This document shows, one piece after another, positions 21,003-32,123 of a stretch of DNA of 64,000 nt (position 1 is the stretch's first letter; every line of letters begins with the position of its first letter). The position numbers and the translations under genes are program-made. The notes below the pieces were generated by a model that saw nothing but the letters and a program-made list of their open reading frames with translations, did not search any database and had not been told where the DNA came from. The DNA lies in the sequence record MK250027.1. One strand, written 5' to 3'.

Positions 21003-22436
21003 TTAAAAAGTTTTATTAAAATTAATCAAATTCTCTGTTATATTAATATATGTTTCTCCTTTATGGATTGAATCGTTAAATCCATATTCATCTCTTAATT
21101 GTTTACCGAATTTATCTTGTAAATATAATTTAACATTCAAATTCAATACATCGTCATTATCATCAGAAGTTAATACATATACTTCATTAAATTTCAATAC
21201 AATAGGAATCTCTATATGGTCTTCTCCTATAACTATATTAAATTTTGTTAACTAATATTTCTTTATATTATTCTTTATTCGTATAACAAAATTATTATTA
21301 TAAGACTATTCTTTCTATGTATTATTTAGACAATTTTTAAATAACGTAATCAAATTCATTTTTTAACTTAACTATCAATTTATAAAAAATATTTATTTCT
21401 AATTAATTAAATAATTAATAATATGTTTAAAATATAGTTTATCTAATTTCTTAATTAAATATGATAATAGTTCATTATAATCTTTTACTTTTATTTTATA
21501 CATATTATTAAATATCTTTAAATAATATTCATTAAACATACTTTTCTACTATTCAGATAAATCTAAACAGAAATTTAATCTCATATATAACCAATAATAT
21601 TCATTATAAATCTCAGAATATTTACATAAATCACTACGTTTATGTAATTCTATTTCATCTTCTATTTTATTAAACTATCCTATTGTATTTTCTATTCTTG
21701 CTTGAACTTCAGATTTATTTAGTAAATATGCATTACTTATAAGATATTTAAATACATCTCCAACTAATACATGTTTCATCTAAAACTATTTCTGTGGATC
21801 TATATTATTTAATATTAATTTTTTATTATTTGTATTTACTACCGAATCATATCTCTAACTATATAAAATATCTGAATTTAAATCAGCTTCTGATATTTTC
21901 GTTATATACATATCATATATATGTTTTAACTCATGTAATATAACATAATATATGTCAAAATTATTATCATTTAAATCAACACAATTAATATATATTGAAA
22001 CATTATTAACTTTATCATTTTTTATTGTAAACGGACACGAATATACATTTATGTTATTTGTATCAATAACATAACTATTATACTTATTTCTTGATATTAT
22101 ACATGAATCATTCTAATTTTCAAATATATCAGAAACATATATAGTAATATCATTAATCCATTTTGTACATTTACTTAAATCTATATAATAACGTTTAAAA
22201 TATAATTCACCATCTAATCTTGTATCATAATCTAATCCAGATTTTAAATCTTTTATTATTTCATCCGATACTTCCTTTATAATATTTTCATATTCTTTAT
22301 TACCAAATTCTATTTTACCATATGATTCTCTTAATACATATAAATCATGTAAAGATATATTTTTTATTTTCTATGGTGTAAATCTTTCACTTATTAACCC
22401 TAAATATATTTGTTTTGATGATTCTATAAAATACAT
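21003..22436 (-). CDS. HExxH metallopeptidase-like protein, paralog 2, 477 aa (TAG=Gln)
   Basis: ILHELKHIYD...NKSEVQAR; ATG 22436 to TAA 21003. Confidence 0.7.
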
Positions 22437-22481
22437 AATAATTTAAATAGTTTACTTATTTAAATAATTCACTTATTCTGT

Positions 22482-23837
22482 TCAAAAATATGAACAACAT
22501 ATATATGATTTGTGTGAAGTGAATCTAGAAAACTATAGATTAAACTAATCTATAGAAAGTCGATATTTAATTTTCGACTTTTTGAAGAAGTAATATAGTT
22601 CAATTAAATCCTTATATGTAGGTTGTAACTTAAATTCTTCCAACGACTTAAGATACAACTTATTAAACATACTTAAACTAGGTCTCACTATATTCTTTTT
22701 AATATCTTTGGTTTTACTTATATATTGATTATAAAACTCATATCCTCTACGACCTATCTCTATTGACGCTAATACCATATCAGGTAAATTTAATGACCGA
22801 TATAAGAAATTACCAATAAAACTTGAATATTCAGGTTTAACCTTTAATAACTTTATATTGAAGATATTACAACGTTTAGTTAAATTATTAATTAACGTAT
22901 TCCTACACCATGAATTATTCACCAACTTATTATATCGCTTACCTTTATCTAAATCTTTTGATTTAATATTTAAATCTTCAATAGAAATAATCTGACATTT
23001 ATAATATATTGCTTTATTAATTAAATTCTTTACTATCTATATTGTCTCAAAATTCCTTTTATTACTTATATATTTTCTTTCATTAGATTCAGAACTATAC
23101 CCTTTATTCTTTAAATTAAAATCTTTATCATTTAACTTTTTAATAGAATAAATACCAGATTTAACTACATCAAATTCTGATTCTGATTTCCAATTAACAA
23201 TACTCCATCCTATATAATTAGGATTCAAATCCAATGAGAGAACTCTATTCTTTATGAATTTAGTTTCATAATTATAAATATCAGTTTCTTCAAATATTAT
23301 ATAAATATAGTCTAAATCTAATTTATACGCAATCTTTATTTCTTTCCTTTCTTGTTTCTAATATAATTTAGATAGTATTTGTTTACGTTTATTTAGTCCT
23401 ATAAGTTGTAAATTTATTTTAGTAGATTTATTAGGTTTAAAAGTAATATTTTCTAAATCTTGTTCTATATGAAATTTCCTATTTGCCTTAATACCTTTAT
23501 TAACCACTTCACCTATTGAATATATAGATGATAATCTTTTCTATTTAAACTATTTATTAGATATTTTACTTTTTAATCTATCAAAATAATTTTTCTTTCC
23601 ACCAAATATTACCTTATCTTTCTTTGGTATATCATAAAAACTACATTGAATAAACCAACTATCTAATAAATCTACATTATTTAACTATTTAAGTTGCTAT
23701 TTTATATCTTTCTATAATTTACCTTCCTATATTCTATTATATACAAAATGCTATACAGAACTATATTGTCTCATATAATCCTGTATAATATCTAATGACT
23801 AATCATCTGTTTGATATTTAATCTTCAATACTTGCAT
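22482..23837 (-). CDS. tnpB: Divergent TnpB/Cas12f-like RuvC nuclease lacking the zinc finger, 451 aa, 12 TAG=Gln
   Basis: MQVLKIKY N-terminus, VLSLDLNPNYIGW (RuvC-I), ISIEDLN (RuvC-II), KPEYSSFIGN, LPDMVLASIEIGRRG (RuvC-III); ends TGA 22482. Confidence 0.85.
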
Positions 23838-23868
23838 TATTAATTGTATATAATATTATAACTTTTTA

Positions 23869-23879
23869 TTATTTATCTA
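23869..23879 (-). promoter_or_regulatory. TAGATAAATAA motif upstream of tnpB copy 2
   Basis: Exact 11-mer about 30 nt upstream of ATG 23837. Confidence 0.55.
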
Positions 23880-24020
23880 TTTTATTTTTATAAAATACCT
23901 AATTTTATAAAATTTTTATGAAAGTTATTTAAATATTATATTCTAAATTATAAGGTTATTCTTTATATGTCATGTCTTATTTAGTCATTTGCTAAATAAT
24001 GTAATCAAATTCATTAAAAA

Positions 24021-24053
24021 TGGGATTATTACAAGCCATATGTAATAATCCCA
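24021..24053 (-). terminator. Intrinsic terminator of 24065..24622
   Basis: TGGGATTATTACA / TGTAATAATCCCA stem followed by a T run on the minus strand. Confidence 0.8.
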
Positions 24054-24064
24054 ATATCTTTTAT

Positions 24065-24622
24065 TTAGTCTTCATAATTATTAACCATATAATTAAATAC
24101 CTAATCAAATGTTGAGTCAATATTCCAAAAACTTTTTATATCATTTAAGTTTTCATTCGCTAATATCACAGTAGTATCATAAAATTGATTATCATATTCT
24201 TCTATATAATCTTTCATTTCATTACTTAATATACAAACAGTATTATTTGTTTGAAATTCTCTTGACATCTTCAAATCCTTATCATTATATTCTAAATCAT
24301 AAGGGTATTCTTTATAAATGTCAATGGTAGGATTTATAGCTATCAAATTACCATCATAAAACGACTATAACCAGAAATACGCAGATGGTCCATCGGTTAT
24401 TACACATGCGTAATTATCTATATATGCATATATAGTTTCCGAATCAATTTCCATCTATATATTATCAGGTACATAATTATATTGTTTCTAAATATTATCA
24501 AACAATTTAAAGACTATATCATAATTATCACCATAACAAAGATTTATCTGTTCTCTCAACATATCATATTTCTTCTTTGTTTTATAATCATGATCCAGAA
24601 TAATTAAGATTTTTTGTTTCAT
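24065..24622 (-). CDS. Hypothetical protein, possibly a degenerate YqiA-like alpha/beta hydrolase fold, 185 aa (TAG=Gln)
   Basis: CVITDGPSAYFWLQSF...LIAINPT recalls LIGSSLGG...AVLINPA but lacks GxSxG. Confidence 0.55.
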
Positions 24623-24761
24623 AATTAAAAACTTCATTTAATTTTAACTATGTTCATTCGTTTATTCAAATTATTATTCATTAATCTTAATTATTGCTAA
24701 AATATATCCTATAATATTTATTAAACTAAACAATTGTAAAAAATACACTAATATATATTAT

Positions 24762-25652
24762 ATGAAAATAATAGATTTAACACAATATAAAAATTACTAT
24801 TTCATTGGTGATCCACATGGAATAGATATAATTTATAACATATTAAATTCATATATAAATGAAAATAATATGTTAGATAATTCTATTTTATTTTTCTGTG
24901 GTGACAATGGAATAGGATTTGATACTACAGAAGAAACACATAAGAAATTAGAGTTATGTAATGATATTGCAATTAAGCATAATCTCCATTTAATATTAGT
25001 TCGTGGTAATCATGATAATCCATACTTTTATAATGAATCAAATATATTAAATAAAAGTAATATCACATTAGTAGAAGATTATACTATAGTGAAAACATAT
25101 GATAACAATGTATTATGTATAGGCGGATCAATATCTGTTGACAGAACTAATAGGATATTAAATAAAACATGGTGGAAGAAAGAAGAAATAATTCCTATCA
25201 ATGATGAAATAGAAAATGAATTAAGTAATTTAAATTTCAATATTGATATTGTTTGTTCACATAATTGTCCGACTTATGAAAAACCGGAGAATATAGACAA
25301 ATACAATCAAGGAGAAATAGTCGATAATTGGTCCGTATGGGACTCAAAACTTTTAGATGATAACTTTATAGACCGTAGTAAAATGAACGCGATACACGAG
25401 GTTTTACAAGCTAAATTGAAGAATAATCTAAAGTATTGGATATACGGTCACTATCATAATCATTATGAATCTATAAGAACACATCCGAAATTCATTTGTC
25501 TTGATATGTATTATAAAAATATTGTTATAGTAAAAAAAGTAACAACAAAAACATATAAAACAAATGGTTATTTTTATAAAGCAGGTCCTGATATTTTAGA
25601 TATACATGATGAATCTAAATTCAGTAATATAAAATTTATAGAAACAAAATAA
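24762..25652 (+). CDS. Calcineurin-like metallophosphoesterase
   Basis: GDPHG, CGDNG, RGNHD, SHNCP and YGHYH motifs; TAG-free. Confidence 0.9.
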   Translation: MKIIDLTQYKNYYFIGDPHGIDIIYNILNSYINENNMLDNSILFFCGDNGIGFDTTEETHKKLELCNDIAIKHNLHLILVRGNHDNPYFYNESNILNKSNITLVEDYTIVKTYDNNVLCIGGSISVDRTNRILNKTWWKKEEIIPINDEIENELSNLNFNIDIVCSHNCPTYEKPENIDKYNQGEIVDNWSVWDSKLLDDNFIDRSKMNAIHEVLQAKLKNNLKYWIYGHYHNHYESIRTHPKFICLDMYYKNIVIVKKVTTKTYKTNGYFYKAGPDILDIHDESKFSNIKFIETK

Positions 25653-25655
25653 ATT

Positions 25656-26003
25656 ATGAATATAATAATTTGGTTAATAGGATTTATACTATCATTGTTA
25701 TTCAGTATATATTTTACATGGTTCAGTAATAATTATATATATGAATATGATTATTGTATGAGAGGTTTATATGGAAATAAACAATATAAAATAAAATTAC
25801 CAAGATACATTTATCTATTATATGGAATAGGAATGTTTTTATATATAATCAATTTATTTATGGTATTTGGATGTATATTATTTTTCTGTATTGCAACAAC
25901 AGATAATTGGACTAAATATCATTATATAGGAAAGAATAAATTTATATTAAAATATATAGATATAAAAAATAAAATAAAAATGTATCTTACATTAAAAGTA
26001 TAA
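25656..26003 (+). CDS. Membrane protein with two hydrophobic segments
   Basis: Track ORF with hydrophobic N-terminal and central stretches. Confidence 0.65.
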   Translation: MNIIIWLIGFILSLLFSIYFTWFSNNYIYEYDYCMRGLYGNKQYKIKLPRYIYLLYGIGMFLYIINLFMVFGCILFFCIATTDNWTKYHYIGKNKFILKYIDIKNKIKMYLTLKV

Positions 26004-26098
26004 TTTATATATAAAGTAAAATTAATTTACATTTTTCGAAGACTTACCTTAGTAAATTACTAAATTCTTCAATAATATAAGATAAATTAATAATTAAA

Positions 26099-26201
26099 NN
26101 NNNNNNNNNNNNNNNNNNNNNNNNNNNNNNNNNNNNNNNNNNNNNNNNNNNNNNNNNNNNNNNNNNNNNNNNNNNNNNNNNNNNNNNNNNNNNNNNNNNN
26201 N
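26099..26201. other. Assembly gap (103 N)
   Basis: Run of N. Confidence 1.
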
Positions 26202-26247
26202 ATAAAAATTAAAAATAGTTTATAACTTATTAATAATCAATAAAATA

Positions 26248-26279
26248 AAAGAGTGAATAATTTAAATTATTCACTCTTT
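26248..26279 (-). terminator. Intrinsic terminator
   Basis: AAAGAGTGAATAATTT / AAATTATTCACTCTTT palindrome downstream of the 26297 stop. Confidence 0.75.
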
Positions 26280-26296
26280 CTTTATATTTTTTAAAT

Positions 26297-27205
26297 CTAT
26301 TCTACTTTACTTCCACAATATGGACAAAACTTAAACTTTGTATTCAATTTTCTCCCACAATTAGTACAATAAACTTTATTCAAATCATTCACATTATAAG
26401 GTTTTCTACTCATAGGTAAAATCTTTATATACTCTGACTTATAAGGATAATTATCAAAATCGTTATAAACAGATTCGAACTTCTGATTTGAATAACTTCC
26501 TTTCTCTATTCTACCTGTTTCAAATAATTTATTTATACTATCAGATGAAATTGATTTACTAAAAGATTTTATTGAACTTGCATTTAATGTTGATGCTGAT
26601 GTTTCAATTCCACTTGTATTAATAGCAGTATCTTTTAATAAAGATGTAGAACATAATCTTGTATCATTCATAATTTGATTCTTATCATCCATTATAGAAC
26701 TTGTGTTATTAACACATGTTGTTTTATAAACAAATGGTGAAATAGAGGGATTACTCAATGGATTATTTAATGGTTTACTAATAAGTGGTTCATTCAAATT
26801 ATGATTTAACCAATAATTACCATCATCTATTAATTTATAGATTTTATCATTTCTTTCTCTATAAAACTTTACTGTAATATTACCATTATTTCTAATAGCA
26901 TTTTTTACTTGTTCATTATTATCATCTACTTCATAAGTAGAAAACTTAAATTTCTTATTATCATTTAAGTAACGTTCCAACCAACATCTTTGTCCAGGTT
27001 TAAGAACCAGCATTCCATCTAACTTATTTTCATTAATATAAATTTCTATACCAATATTATAAGTCTCTGGATTAAATAACATAATTTCAAATTCTGTGTT
27101 ATCATTCATATAAACAACACGTGAATCTTCATTAGTCTAATACTCTTTCAATAGAGATTTGTTGACAGCTATCTTTGCCATCTTGTTTTCTTCTGTAATA
27201 ATCAT
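26297..27205 (-). CDS. Phage protein with a C-terminal double-CxxC zinc ribbon (TAG=Gln; start uncertain)
   Basis: Track ORF extends through one TAG to MIITEENKMAKIAVNKSLLKEYQ; ends CTNCG...CPYCG. Confidence 0.75.
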
Positions 27206-27269
27206 AAGTCTTAATTTATATTTTATTTTAAACTTATCTATTAAACAATCGATTCTCTATATAAAAATC

Positions 27270-27797
27270 TCAAAAGAACTTTGTTTCATTCTCTGTCTAA
27301 TAGAATATCATTATCTATATTTTTCNNNNNNNNNNNNNNNNNNNNNNNNNNNNNNNNNNNNNNNNNNNNNNNNNNNNNNNNNNNNNNNNNNNNNNNNNNN
27401 NNNNNNNNNNNNNNNNNNNNNNNNNNNNNNNNNNNNNNNNNNNNNNNNNNNNNNNNNNNNNNNNNNNNNNNNNNNNNNNNNNNNNNNNNNNNNNNNNNNN
27501 NNNNNNNNNNNNNNNNNNNNNNNNNNNNNNNNNNNNNNNNNNNNNNNNNNNNNNNNNNNNNNNNNNNNNNNNNNNNNNNNNNNNNNNNNNNNNNNNNNNN
27601 NNNNNNNNNNNNNNNNNNNNNNNNNNNNNNNNNNNNNNNNNNNNNNNNNNNNNNNNNNNNNNNNNNNNNNNNNNNNNNNNNNNNNNNNNNNNNNNNNNNN
27701 NNNNNNNNNNNNNNNNNNNNNNNNNNNNNNNNNNNNNNNNNNNNNNNNNNNNNNNNNNNNNNNNNNNNNNNNNNNNNNNNNCGAAAAAAGTCTACAT
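27270..27797 (-). CDS. Hypothetical gene spanning the N gap (about 175 aa)
   Basis: ATG TAG ACT TTT TTC (MQTFF) right of the gap is in frame with EKIQIMIFYQTENETKFF-TGA left of the gap. Confidence 0.45.
27326..27781. other. Assembly gap (456 N)
   Basis: Run of N. Confidence 1.
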
Positions 27798-27892
27798 ATT
27801 TTTAATAATTTTTTCTAATAAAAATTAAACTTTATATTAATATATTAGTATAATATATGTTAATAAAACATAAAATCAGATTAAAATACAAG

Positions 27893-29908
27893 ATGCAATA
27901 TACAAATTATAGAAATATTAAGAAACTGGGGTTACTTATTATTGCATTTGAAGGTACAGAACATCTATATAATATCATTTCCGAACTTAGAGAATCTGTT
28001 GATTATGTTTCTATTGGATTGTAGAGATTATCTTATCATGGCGATAAGATTTCTGAAATTGATTTACAAGAGATTTTACGATTACGTGACGAAGATAAAC
28101 TTGTAGATAATATCGTGGAGATTGAACTTGACACAACAAAACCTGCGAGAGAGCAAGAGACTGACAAGAGAAACATGTTAATTCAAGACGCGGAAGATCA
28201 TGGATGTACACATGCAATAGTTATAGATTCCGATGAATATTATACAAAGAAAGCATTTGAGAATGCATGCAAAATGATTGATGATAATGATTATCCAATT
28301 ACATATTGTCAATATATAAATTATTATCATGACTACAGACATTTCTTAGTTTATCCATTTAAGGATGGAATGTATGTTCCTTTTGTGACGAGAGTTCAAT
28401 ATAGACATTCATTTGAATGCACAGATTTCCTTTTGCCATCAGATCCTACACGAAGATTTGTAAGACCATATTCAGGAGTTGAAAAAGTTGTTGGTAAAGA
28501 TGGAAAAGTTCATAAGATTAAGAATTATACAGTAGATTATCATGTATTCAAATGGAATGAGGTGAAGATGCATCATTTGAGTTGGTTACGCGCGGACATC
28601 AGAAAGAAACTCGAAATGTGGTCTTCAAAGAAATGCTTTGATAATTATGATGATTTGATTGATAGAGCTGTTGATTCATTTAATAAGTTTGATGAAAATT
28701 GTACACAAGCTAAAGCATTGATGTTGTTTAACACTCCTGGTAATTCTGTAGATGTTAAAGCATTTCCAAAACAATATATACATCCAAAAGTTGATTATCG
28801 TACAAGGTTAAGAAAAGTTAGAAATCCTAAAAAACTTTTAGTATTATCAATGTGTAGTACAGTTGATCCAATTTATAATAAGTTAGAGGAAACATGTGTA
28901 AAGACATGGAAAAATACATATCTTAATAATGAGAACACATTATTAAATGAATCGAATTGGAATCAATATCATAGTAGTAATGAACCTTATATTGATATTG
29001 ATTTTTGGGTTTATACAGATGCTGAAGAAGGAGAAGATACTCACGTAGATGAAGCTAATAAAATAATTTATATTAAGAGAGAATATAAAGATAAAGATGA
29101 TGCATTATATCATACATATTCAAAGACAATTTTTGCGTTAAGAGAAATTAAGAAGTTAGAACTTAAATATGATTATTTAATCAGAACAAATAATTCTACA
29201 TGGATTAATCTCCCTTTATTGAATGAGTTCCTTGCATATCAAGAAGATGATTCACAATTATTCACCGGAAGAATATATGGAAGTTTTTGGTCCGCATTTA
29301 ATATTTACGCAGGTGGTGAACTTATGGTATTCTCAAGAAGAAATGTTGATATTCTTGATAAGTTATCAGGAGATGATCCTATTAAATTTGAGAAAGCAAT
29401 ATTGGGGTGTGACGATAATTTGATATTCGGTTTATGGAATAAACGTTTGATGAAATTAGGATTAAGAGAATCTGATTATATCCATTCATTTGAAGATGAT
29501 TTATTCATTTCACCTGAAAATCATAAAGATTATGATTTTGCACATATAGCAATTCAGACTAGGACATACTTTGATAAAGAAAATAATCAAAGAGACAATA
29601 AATCTGATATTTTAAAGGAATATTCTCATTTAGAAAACAGAGAGTATTATGATATTGAAAAGATGAAAGATATTCAAAAAGCATGGAATAATAATAATGA
29701 ATCTCTGAAGACATTATATAATCGTATGATGGAAAAATATTACGATAAATTTATTCATCCGATTAAATATAGTAAACAAGATTGGTTTAAACTTGATGAT
29801 AAAGCAAAAACATATTGTAAGTTTGAAACAACAATGGATAGAGAAGAAGGACTTGAATATTTAAGGAAGAGACAAAAAGAATGTGGTTATGTAACAACAT
29901 TAATTTAA
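27893..29908 (+). CDS. Two-domain glycosyltransferase-like protein, 671 aa (one TAG=Gln)
   Basis: N-domain HAIVIDSDEYY (GT-A DxD); C-domain KYDYLIRTNNSTWINL...YAGGELM...DDNLIFG resembling GT31/Fringe-like folds; ATG 27893 in frame. Confidence 0.65.
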
Positions 29909-29918
29909 TTAATAATAT

Positions 29919-29958
29919 AAAGGAATAGAGTATTTTTTATAAATCTCTATTCCTTTTT
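29919..29958 (+). terminator. Intrinsic terminator
   Basis: AAGGAATAGAG / CTCTATTCCTT followed by a T run. Confidence 0.75.
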
Positions 29959-30012
29959 CTGTTAAATGATGTTAACTAAATAAACTTTTATCATTAATCA
30001 TTTTCTTTTTTG

Positions 30013-30032
30013 AAAATAATGATGTATCTTTG
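30013..30032 (+). promoter_or_regulatory. Bacteroidota-type TAnnTTTG promoter
   Basis: AAAATAATGATGTATCTTTG upstream of ATG 30063. Confidence 0.65.
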
Positions 30033-30062
30033 TATCGTTAAATTAAAATACATAGATTATAT

Positions 30063-31130
30063 ATGCAACATTTATATCAATTCTTGCAGAGTAAGAGATT
30101 ACCTGTTAGAGAAATATTGAGTTGTAATTGTCAGATAACAACAAAAGTTGACGGCTCTGCATTTCAATATTATAAACATCAAGGAAATGTGTATTATTCG
30201 AAGAGACCTAATGCACCGTATATTCCTGGAAAGAATATCATTGATGAGTTTGACCTTATCATGAATAATATGTATAATAATGCATATAATATTCTTGAAA
30301 GTAATAAGAATAAAATTCCTGATGATATAGAGATATTAAATTTTGAAGTTTTTGATAGAAATAAAGATAATCATATTATTAAATATAATGGTGAATATAA
30401 GAATGATATTGTTCTTTTATCTGGTTATGATATGTTAGGAAATATTGTTCCTTTTGAAACATTGAAGAGTATAGCAGATGATTTAGATATTAGCTGTATA
30501 AATCTCCTGTATGACGATTATTTTTCTCAAGAGTATATTTCTTTACTGATGGAAAATAAATGCGATACAGAGAAGATATGGTATCAAATTTCGAGTCTTA
30601 TAAAAGATAAGATAGATATTGAAAATATAGAAGGCTTTGTATTGACGTTTAATGAACATACGGACATAGAAAATATCAATAGAATATTGAAGATTCAATC
30701 TCCGAAATTTCATGAAAATATTATGAAACATTTGGAAGATGAAAAGAAATCAAAACAAGATGTTAATCTTGAATGGATTTATGATATGTTTATTGAATCT
30801 GGTAAATATTTTGAAAATATTGATGAACATCCTATTACAAAATTATGTCAAATGTATATGGCAACAGAGATCACAAATGAAGACTTTTCGAACATCGAAA
30901 ATACTTTGAAAAAAGTTGAGATTTTGAGAAATCAAGAAATAAATATATCACTAATATCCAGATATTACTATATGTTTCCTAATAGTATGGATGATATAGA
31001 ATATCCTACAATATTGAAATTCCTGTTTCTTGTATTCAGGAACAAACGAGTAAAGACACCATTATGGTGTTCATTAGAATATCAGTTAAATAAAGTTAAT
31101 CATTTTATAGATAATTATATATTTAATTGA
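30063..31130 (+). CDS. RNA ligase-like covalent nucleotidyltransferase
   Basis: TTKVDGSAF (motif I KxDG), NFEVF (III), IEGFVL (IV), LKIQSPKF (V); TAG-free. Confidence 0.7.
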   Translation: MQHLYQFLQSKRLPVREILSCNCQITTKVDGSAFQYYKHQGNVYYSKRPNAPYIPGKNIIDEFDLIMNNMYNNAYNILESNKNKIPDDIEILNFEVFDRNKDNHIIKYNGEYKNDIVLLSGYDMLGNIVPFETLKSIADDLDISCINLLYDDYFSQEYISLLMENKCDTEKIWYQISSLIKDKIDIENIEGFVLTFNEHTDIENINRILKIQSPKFHENIMKHLEDEKKSKQDVNLEWIYDMFIESGKYFENIDEHPITKLCQMYMATEITNEDFSNIENTLKKVEILRNQEINISLISRYYYMFPNSMDDIEYPTILKFLFLVFRNKRVKTPLWCSLEYQLNKVNHFIDNYIFN

Positions 31131-31177
31131 TAATATAGACAATTTAATTAATAACGCATATAAAAAATAATTTAGAT

Positions 31178-32113
31178 ATGGTAATCGCAATGCAAAATCA
31201 GTTTAGTGAGGATTATATGAACAATAATTACGGTATTGATTCAGTTGATGACGACAAGAATTATGTTATCGACGACACAATGAATGTTGATGTAAATCTT
31301 GAAGCTTTAAAGCGTGAGGGAATTACAGAAGACGAAATTGACGAAATGTTTAATCTTGATGATGAAGCAATTAATAGTTCTATTAATGCTTTGGATTCTA
31401 AGAAGATTAATAAGTTGAAGAAACAAACATCAAAAGCAAAGAAGAAGCTTGAAGATGATATTATTCTTGTAAAGAAGTTTGTAGATAATCCTACACATGA
31501 TAATTTCAATAAGTTGTGGGAGAGATTTTATTTCGGAGTAAAAGGACATGCATTTAAGTTTATGCATGACTGGGACCTTGCAGATGATATGACACTACAG
31601 ACATTTACTCGTGCATGGGAGTTCCGTGATAAGTATGATATTGAGAAGGCAAAGTTCTCTACATGGTTGTATACAATTTGTCGTAACTTGTGTCTTGGGG
31701 AAATCAATAAGAGAAATAAGGAAAACATTGTTGGTAATGATATTTCTGATATGTTTGATTCTGCTATGTTGACTTCAAGTTCAGCAATGTCTACAAATTC
31801 TACACAGTATACAGTAGAGAATGGTGATTTAGTTGCGAATTCAGCAGATGATCTTGTGTTGAAGATGTATGATACTTCTCTTAATGAGATTGAGAAACTC
31901 GGCGGCACTTATGCAAAGGTTCTTCGTATGAAACTTGTTGATGACATGAAGATTAGAGAGATTGCAAATCAACTTAATATGAATGAATCAACAGTTAAGA
32001 ATTATCTATATAAAGGAAAAGAAACACTTGAGTCTATTATGAAGACAAAGCATAAGGGACTTTATGAAATGTATCTTGAATCTGCAGGAGATGAAGCCGC
32101 AAAAATGATGTAA
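31178..32113 (+). CDS. ECF-type sigma-70 factor with an acidic N-terminal extension
   Basis: ADDMTLQTFTRAWE...KFSTWLYTICRN (region 2) and KIREIANQLNMNESTVKNYLYKGK (region 4); TAG-free. Confidence 0.9.
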   Translation: MVIAMQNQFSEDYMNNNYGIDSVDDDKNYVIDDTMNVDVNLEALKREGITEDEIDEMFNLDDEAINSSINALDSKKINKLKKQTSKAKKKLEDDIILVKKFVDNPTHDNFNKLWERFYFGVKGHAFKFMHDWDLADDMTLQTFTRAWEFRDKYDIEKAKFSTWLYTICRNLCLGEINKRNKENIVGNDISDMFDSAMLTSSSAMSTNSTQYTVENGDLVANSADDLVLKMYDTSLNEIEKLGGTYAKVLRMKLVDDMKIREIANQLNMNESTVKNYLYKGKETLESIMKTKHKGLYEMYLESAGDEAAKMM

Positions 32114-32123
32114 GAATCAAAGG

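Noticed and set aside
15700-24060. Autonomous IS elements around the tnpB genes
   Set aside because: No Y1 or serine-recombinase tnpA, and no target-site duplication or clear paired ends were identified
23980-24070. CRISPR array beside the Cas12f-like TnpB (TTATTTAGTC repeated)
   Set aside because: Only two 10-bp AT-rich copies, one overlapping a stop codon, with a terminator between them; no repeat-spacer periodicity seen anywhere in the window
27159-27818. Track ORFs 27159..27818 and 27281..27805 on the + strand
   Set aside because: Artifacts of translating the N gap as X
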